Origin: Desulfomonilia bacterium
GTDB taxonomy: Bacteria; Desulfobacterota; Desulfomonilia; UBA1062
Length of the DNA: 64,000 nt
NCBI GenBank assembly: GCA_963664325.2
Contig: CAXXDQ010000003.1
Span: forward strand, 1,146,169 to 1,210,168
Reading direction: 5' to 3'
How positions within the stretch are numbered: the first letter of the stretch is position 1; each line of letters begins with the position of its first letter. The notes beneath the pieces were generated by a model. It was not told where the DNA came from, searched no databases, and saw nothing but the letters and a program-made list of their open reading frames with translations. Shown one piece after another: positions 59,328 to 64,000 of the stretch. The position numbers and the translations under genes were made by a program.

Positions 59328-60918
59328 TGTCTACAAGGAACTGGAAGATGCCCTGGGCGGTGCGGAATACGTAACACAGGAACCGGCGATGCTGGACAGC
59401 TATGCCTGGCAGCCTGCCATAAACCTGGAACCGGAGGCCTGGATTCCGAGGCCCGAGGCAGTGGTAATGCCGCAGACAGTGGAAGAAGTGCAGGCTGTAG
59501 TTCGGATCTGCAACCGTACCGGCTTCAAATACAAGGCCTTCAGCACCGGTTGGGCGTCCTGGGGCGGCCCCGGAGGTCCGGGAGTAGTTCAGATCGATCT
59601 CAGGCGCATGAACCGCATCATTGAGATTGATGAAAAGAATATGTATGCCGTAGTCGAACCGTATGTAAGCGGTGCGCAGCTTCAGTCCGAATTGATCAAA
59701 CGCGGACTGAATTGCCATCTGATAGGCGCGGGTCCGAATTGCGCCCAACTCGCCACGGTCACCTCGGGCTGGGGCTATGGCTGGACCGGTCTCTTTACAG
59801 GATTTTCCGGCCGCAATCCGCTGGGCGTAGAATGGATTCTGCCTGACGGCGAGCTTCTCAAGCTAGGCTCCCCGGGATCGGATAACGCATGGTTCACGGG
59901 TGACGGGCCGGGACCGAGCCTGCGCGGCATCATGCGGGGATGGGGCGGCGCCCAGGGAGGACTGGGGGTGTTTACCAAGGTCGCCATCAAGGTCTATTCC
60001 TGGCCGGGTGAAAAAGATAACGTGAAGACCGGCAAAGGGACATTGCTTGACCTTATGGCCGGGGTGCCGAAAACACACAGGCTCTATTTCCTGTTTTCGC
60101 CCAGTTATGAGAAATTCGCCGATGTGGCTTATAAGATCGGAAATTCCGAGATAGGCTATGTGCACTGCAAGGGCGCCTTCGGAGCCACATTTAATTTCCT
60201 GGCCCCACGCGCCACAAAGAAGCTACTCAACAATCCGGTCATCTACAATATGATGCGGACCTTCCAGCATTGTACACTTTTCATGCTCTGTTGCCACACA
60301 GAGAGGGAACTCGCATTCCAGGAGAAGGTTCTGCGTCAGATCATGGATGAGACCGACGGGTTCATGGTTTGCACGGACTCGCTGCCCTTCAACGGTATGT
60401 TCTGGTGGGGGACGCACCGTTCGATCTTCCCGTGCATTGCAGGGTTCAGGCCGGGCGGCGACTTTTTCACCAGTTTGGGATCGAACCAGACTTATGACAA
60501 CCAGGTCTATGCCTCGAAACTGGCCGAGCCGATCAAGCGCAAGTACATTGATGAGGGGACCTTTTTCGAGGACATGGCGGACTGCACCTGGGGCGGGATC
60601 TATGAGGGAACGAGCAACTGGGGACACATGGAGGAGATTGTCATGTTCGACCGCAGGGATAAGGGAAACTACAAGCGCCGCTACGATTACATGAAGGAAA
60701 CGCTGGACCTCACGATCGAAAAGAGCCTCGGGTTTGGACTCTCGTCACTGGGTGCCGACTACAAGATATACGGCCCGCTCATGTACAACTTCCATCATTG
60801 GCAGAGCAAGATAAAACAGGCATTTGACCCCAATAATGCCTCGGACGGCAGTTTCTATGTGCCGCCTTATGATGAAGTGATCGCCGAGGAAAAGGCCGCG
60901 CTGAAAAAAGAAGCATGA
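59314..60918 (+). CDS. FAD_binding_4-like flavoprotein paralog with an atypical FAD-binding motif
   Basis: VVMPQTVEEVQAVVRICNRTGFKYKAFSTGWASWGG...VVEPYVSGAQL matches the PCMH-type domain layout, but the usual GGG(T/H)S loop reads STGWASWGG. A GGAGG lies 5 nt before the ATG at 59314. Confidence 0.65.
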   Translation: MLPPDVYKELEDALGGAEYVTQEPAMLDSYAWQPAINLEPEAWIPRPEAVVMPQTVEEVQAVVRICNRTGFKYKAFSTGWASWGGPGGPGVVQIDLRRMNRIIEIDEKNMYAVVEPYVSGAQLQSELIKRGLNCHLIGAGPNCAQLATVTSGWGYGWTGLFTGFSGRNPLGVEWILPDGELLKLGSPGSDNAWFTGDGPGPSLRGIMRGWGGAQGGLGVFTKVAIKVYSWPGEKDNVKTGKGTLLDLMAGVPKTHRLYFLFSPSYEKFADVAYKIGNSEIGYVHCKGAFGATFNFLAPRATKKLLNNPVIYNMMRTFQHCTLFMLCCHTERELAFQEKVLRQIMDETDGFMVCTDSLPFNGMFWWGTHRSIFPCIAGFRPGGDFFTSLGSNQTYDNQVYASKLAEPIKRKYIDEGTFFEDMADCTWGGIYEGTSNWGHMEEIVMFDRRDKGNYKRRYDYMKETLDLTIEKSLGFGLSSLGADYKIYGPLMYNFHHWQSKIKQAFDPNNASDGSFYVPPYDEVIAEEKAALKKEA

Positions 60919-60988
60919 AGCGTGTGCGTCGATTCGAACACGGTGAAGGGCATTGATCCTATAGGGCTGATTTAAAAGCGAGGTGCGC

Positions 60989-61978
60989 ATGCACACTGAA
61001 AATCAGGTTCTGGTGTTTCTGGAGATTGACCGGGGTATCCTGCATCCCCTTGCGCCCGAGGTCCTGTCGGCAGGGAAACAGGTGGCGCAGGCCCTGCACG
61101 GTAAACTTGCCACTGTAATTCTAGGTAACGAAATCACTGAAGCGGCACATGAAGTACGTCACTACGGTGCCGATACCGTACATCTCGTTGAGCATCCTCT
61201 GCTGGATACGTATCAGGGTGAATACTTGTGCCTGGCATTGAACGAACTTTGCAAAACATTGAGGCCGGCTGTCATCATTATGGCCAATACGCTGATGGGT
61301 ATCGATCTTGCCCCCAGGCTGGCATGGAAGCTTGATGCCGGGCTGGTCACGGATTGTGTGGCCATTGATGTATCCGGGGACGAACCCGGCTTTTTAAAAC
61401 CGATATACAGCGGCAATGTAATGGCAGAGTACGCCCCGGCCGCCGCAACCTGCCTGGTAACTGTCCGGCCGCGGGCATTCACACCCCGGCCACGAACTGA
61501 TACACCCCAGGGAGAGATAGTACCCGTAACGGTTACACTCGACCCTGCGTCAGTCAAAACCTCACTGGTGGAACGCATTGAGGAGCACAGCGATGGCATC
61601 AGGCTGGAAACGGCAGAAAGGATCGTAGCCGGAGGCCGGGGTATCGGACGGGCAGATGGGTTCATGCTGCTCAAAAACATGGCCGATACTTTGGGCGCCG
61701 CCATCGGCGCCAGCCGGCCGCCCTGTGATCTCGGCTGGGTTTCATCCAATGCCCAGGTGGGACAGACCGGTGAAATCGTTGCCCCAGGCCTCTATATCGC
61801 CGTGGGCATATCCGGTTCAACCCAGCACCTTGCCGGAATGATGGGGTCCAAGACCATAGTGGCCATAAACAAGGACCCTCAGGCCAACATTTTCAAGGTT
61901 GCTGATTATGGAGTTGTAGGCAATTACGAGGATGTGCTTCCGGTTCTCACCGAAACCTTAAAGGAAATCCTGACCTAG
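60989..61978 (+). CDS. etfA: Electron transfer flavoprotein alpha subunit
   Basis: The C-terminal FAD domain is VAGGRGIG...GASRPPCDLGWVSSNAQVGQTGEIVAPGLYIAVGISGSTQHLAGM..SKTIVAINKDPQANIFKVADYGVVGN. Confidence 0.9.
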   Translation: MHTENQVLVFLEIDRGILHPLAPEVLSAGKQVAQALHGKLATVILGNEITEAAHEVRHYGADTVHLVEHPLLDTYQGEYLCLALNELCKTLRPAVIIMANTLMGIDLAPRLAWKLDAGLVTDCVAIDVSGDEPGFLKPIYSGNVMAEYAPAAATCLVTVRPRAFTPRPRTDTPQGEIVPVTVTLDPASVKTSLVERIEEHSDGIRLETAERIVAGGRGIGRADGFMLLKNMADTLGAAIGASRPPCDLGWVSSNAQVGQTGEIVAPGLYIAVGISGSTQHLAGMMGSKTIVAINKDPQANIFKVADYGVVGNYEDVLPVLTETLKEILT

Positions 61979-61988
61979 GAGGCATGCG

Positions 61989-62786
61989 ATGCATATCATA
62001 GTATGTATGAAACAGGTTCCTGACCCCGAAGGGCCTCGTGACGCCTTCTTCGTTAATTCTAAAACAGGCATGGTCGAACCGCGCGGGATACCGCCGGTCT
62101 TGAGCCTCTTTGACGAGAACGCGCTGGAGCTGGCGCTGCGCATCAAGGATGCAGACCCTGCTGAAGTCCATATTACCGTACTCAGTATGGGCAAACGCGT
62201 ACCGGACGCCGTCATGCTCAAGGCCCTGGCCGCCGGAGCGGATGAACTGGTAAAGATCGAAGACGAAAATCTGGATGCAGGACGGCTAGACAGTTTTTCC
62301 ACGGCGCAGGTCCTGGCGGCCGCCATACGAACGAGGCCCTTTGACCTGATAATCGCGGGCAGGCAGGCCGCCGATTTCAACGACGGCCAGGTCGGCATCG
62401 GTTTGTCCCATATTCTAGGGCTCCCGGTTATCACCCTGGTCCGCGCGCTTAAGGTGGGAAGTTGCGATCTGAGGGCTGAACGCTTGCACGCGCATGGCCA
62501 CGAGGTGGTATGTGCGCCGCTGCCGGCGGTTGTCATGGCCAGCAACGAAGTGGGAGAGCTGCGCTATCCATCCATGATCCAGCGTCGCGAAGCAAAGCAA
62601 AAACCTGTTCACTCCTGTTCACTCGGCGATATCGGCCTAACCGTTCCACCCGCCATGCGCCTAACCCGAAAGCGCTTGTTCGCCCCTGATATCAAGCTGC
62701 GCAGCTGCCGGATATTTACAGCCGGTACCCCGGCTGAGGCCGGGCGCAATCTGGCATATCAGCTGCGGGAAGATAGAGTGATTTAG
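61989..62786 (+). CDS. etfB: Electron transfer flavoprotein beta subunit
   Basis: MHIIVCMKQVPDPEGP and LIIAGRQAADFNDGQVG are typical of EtfB/FixA. Confidence 0.9.
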   Translation: MHIIVCMKQVPDPEGPRDAFFVNSKTGMVEPRGIPPVLSLFDENALELALRIKDADPAEVHITVLSMGKRVPDAVMLKALAAGADELVKIEDENLDAGRLDSFSTAQVLAAAIRTRPFDLIIAGRQAADFNDGQVGIGLSHILGLPVITLVRALKVGSCDLRAERLHAHGHEVVCAPLPAVVMASNEVGELRYPSMIQRREAKQKPVHSCSLGDIGLTVPPAMRLTRKRLFAPDIKLRSCRIFTAGTPAEAGRNLAYQLREDRVI

Positions 62787-62812
62787 AGCCCAATACCTGT
62801 AAGGGAGGTCAT

Positions 62813-64000
62813 ATGCAGAAATTCGATATCTGTGTCGTAGGCGCTGGACCGGGTGGTGCCATGGCGGCCAAGACAGCGGCGGAGTCAGGTTTGAAAACCG
62901 TTTTCTTTGAAAGATCGCGGGTGGCCGGGGAAAAGAATTCTTCCGGGTGCGGTCTGGGCCAGCGCTGGTGGCGGGACTTTCCGGAGGTCATGGAAGCCGT
63001 CGGCCACTTGCCCTCGCATCGGGAGATAACACACTGTTTTTTCAAGCTCACGGACGAAGACGACCGGCTGATAACCTCGCTCGGAACAGGACGGACCAAA
63101 CAGGATGATGCCCGTATCATGTATAAAGGTATTGGACGGGGCATGACCGGCTGCAGCGTGTACCGTTGCGACCTGGACCCCCTCCTGGTTGACATGGCCT
63201 GTGAGGCAGGGGCCGAACTGCGAACGTCAACCCTGATTACCGATGTCATCAAGGAGAACGGCCGGGTTACGGGTGTGGTGACTGAGAAAGGGGAAAAGAT
63301 CGAATCCGACATCGTAATCGCCGCGGATGGGGCGCACTCGACCGTTGCCATCAAGTCCGGGATTCGCAAGCGTTTTCAAAAAAAGGACATCACTTTGGTG
63401 CCCCAAATCGATTTCGGCTGCAACGCCTCCAAACTCGATGACGTGATCGGCACCGCCAACTGGGTGTGGTTCGGTCCATATTGCGGGGCCTATCAGGTCG
63501 TGTTCAAAGACGGTTTTCATCTGGGTACCGGCCAATGGCTTGACATCTGGGATGGCAAACCGGTTGATATGCTCAAGGCGGTCATGAAGATCCCTGCATT
63601 TCAAGCCATGTGCAGGGCCGTGGACGCCAAGATGCGAGAATTCCAGATACATCTGCTGCCATGGGGAACCCGTCCCGGCAGGACCTATGATGACGGAGTA
63701 ATGCTGATCGGCGATGCAGGCGGATTTCCCTGTCCGCTGGAGGCCGAAGGCGTCTGGCATGCCTGCATGACAGGGAGGATCGCGGCCAAGGTCGCGGCCA
63801 GGGCGATTTCAGCCGGCAATCCTTCCAAGGCCTTTTTAGCCGAGTACGAGCACCTTTGGAAGCGTCCTCGGTCGGCGGCGAATACCGCTTCGGCAAGGAA
63901 TATGTAGGCCTGTGGCGCGCCACCGCTTTTGACCCCGTGTTCATGAAAACCATGGGGAGCTTTCTCGGGGAACTTCAATCGATCTCTTTTCCGGCCCGGT
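62813..64000 (+). CDS. fixC: FixC-like FAD-dependent oxidoreductase (ETF-quinone oxidoreductase / geranylgeranyl-reductase family); one frame break; 3' end beyond the window
   Basis: The Rossmann motif is FDICVVGAGPGGAMAA, and GDAGGFPCPLEAEGVWHACMTGRIAA is present. The track ORF stops at 63907, but a -1 shift near 63858-63863 continues as ASSVGGEYRFGKEYVGLWRATAFDPVFMKTMGSFLGELQ... and stays open to the window end. Confidence 0.7.

Overview
The 64 kb window is a gene-dense bacterial chromosome segment of about 55 genes. The gene content looks like an anaerobic Desulfobacterota/deltaproteobacterium-like organism, but that assignment is inference only. No rRNA, tRNA or CRISPR was found. There are five blocks. 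(1) 0-14 kb is a glycoside-salvage cluster: a ribokinase that is truncated by the window edge and absent from the ORF track, two GH1 enzymes, a GH3, galactokinase, two URO-D-like proteins, an Ig+TIM-barrel lipoprotein and an ERG2/sigma-1-receptor-like lipoprotein. (2) 14-29 kb is housekeeping: uvrC, pth, a DEAD-box helicase, nadC-nadA-nadB, a TolC/HlyD/MacB-type efflux operon and an ArsB/NhaD-type permease. (3) 29-38 kb is a fatty-acid beta-oxidation module: two acyl-CoA synthetases, a 600-aa acyl-CoA dehydrogenase, a crotonase, a CCG-type Fe-S protein and DUF3795. (4) 38-50.5 kb holds a beta-propeller-phosphoesterase lipoprotein and a Tat-DUF362 protein, followed by a visibly AT-richer accessory island. 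The island encodes a tandem-duplicated LuxR regulator and three lipoproteins I cannot place functionally, and it is bounded by a transposase remnant and a decayed copy of the phosphoesterase 3' end. (5) 50.6-64 kb holds an MFS transporter, hydrolases, a tandem-duplicated TetR, and an operon of two FAD-oxidase-like proteins, a CCG Fe-S protein, EtfA/EtfB and a FixC-like flavoprotein. At least 13 reading-frame breaks occur, most at short homopolymer runs, and 10 of them lie in 16.6-20.4 kb. They are more likely indel errors than real decay, but this cannot be settled from the sequence alone. Many long antisense shadow ORFs in the track were rejected.
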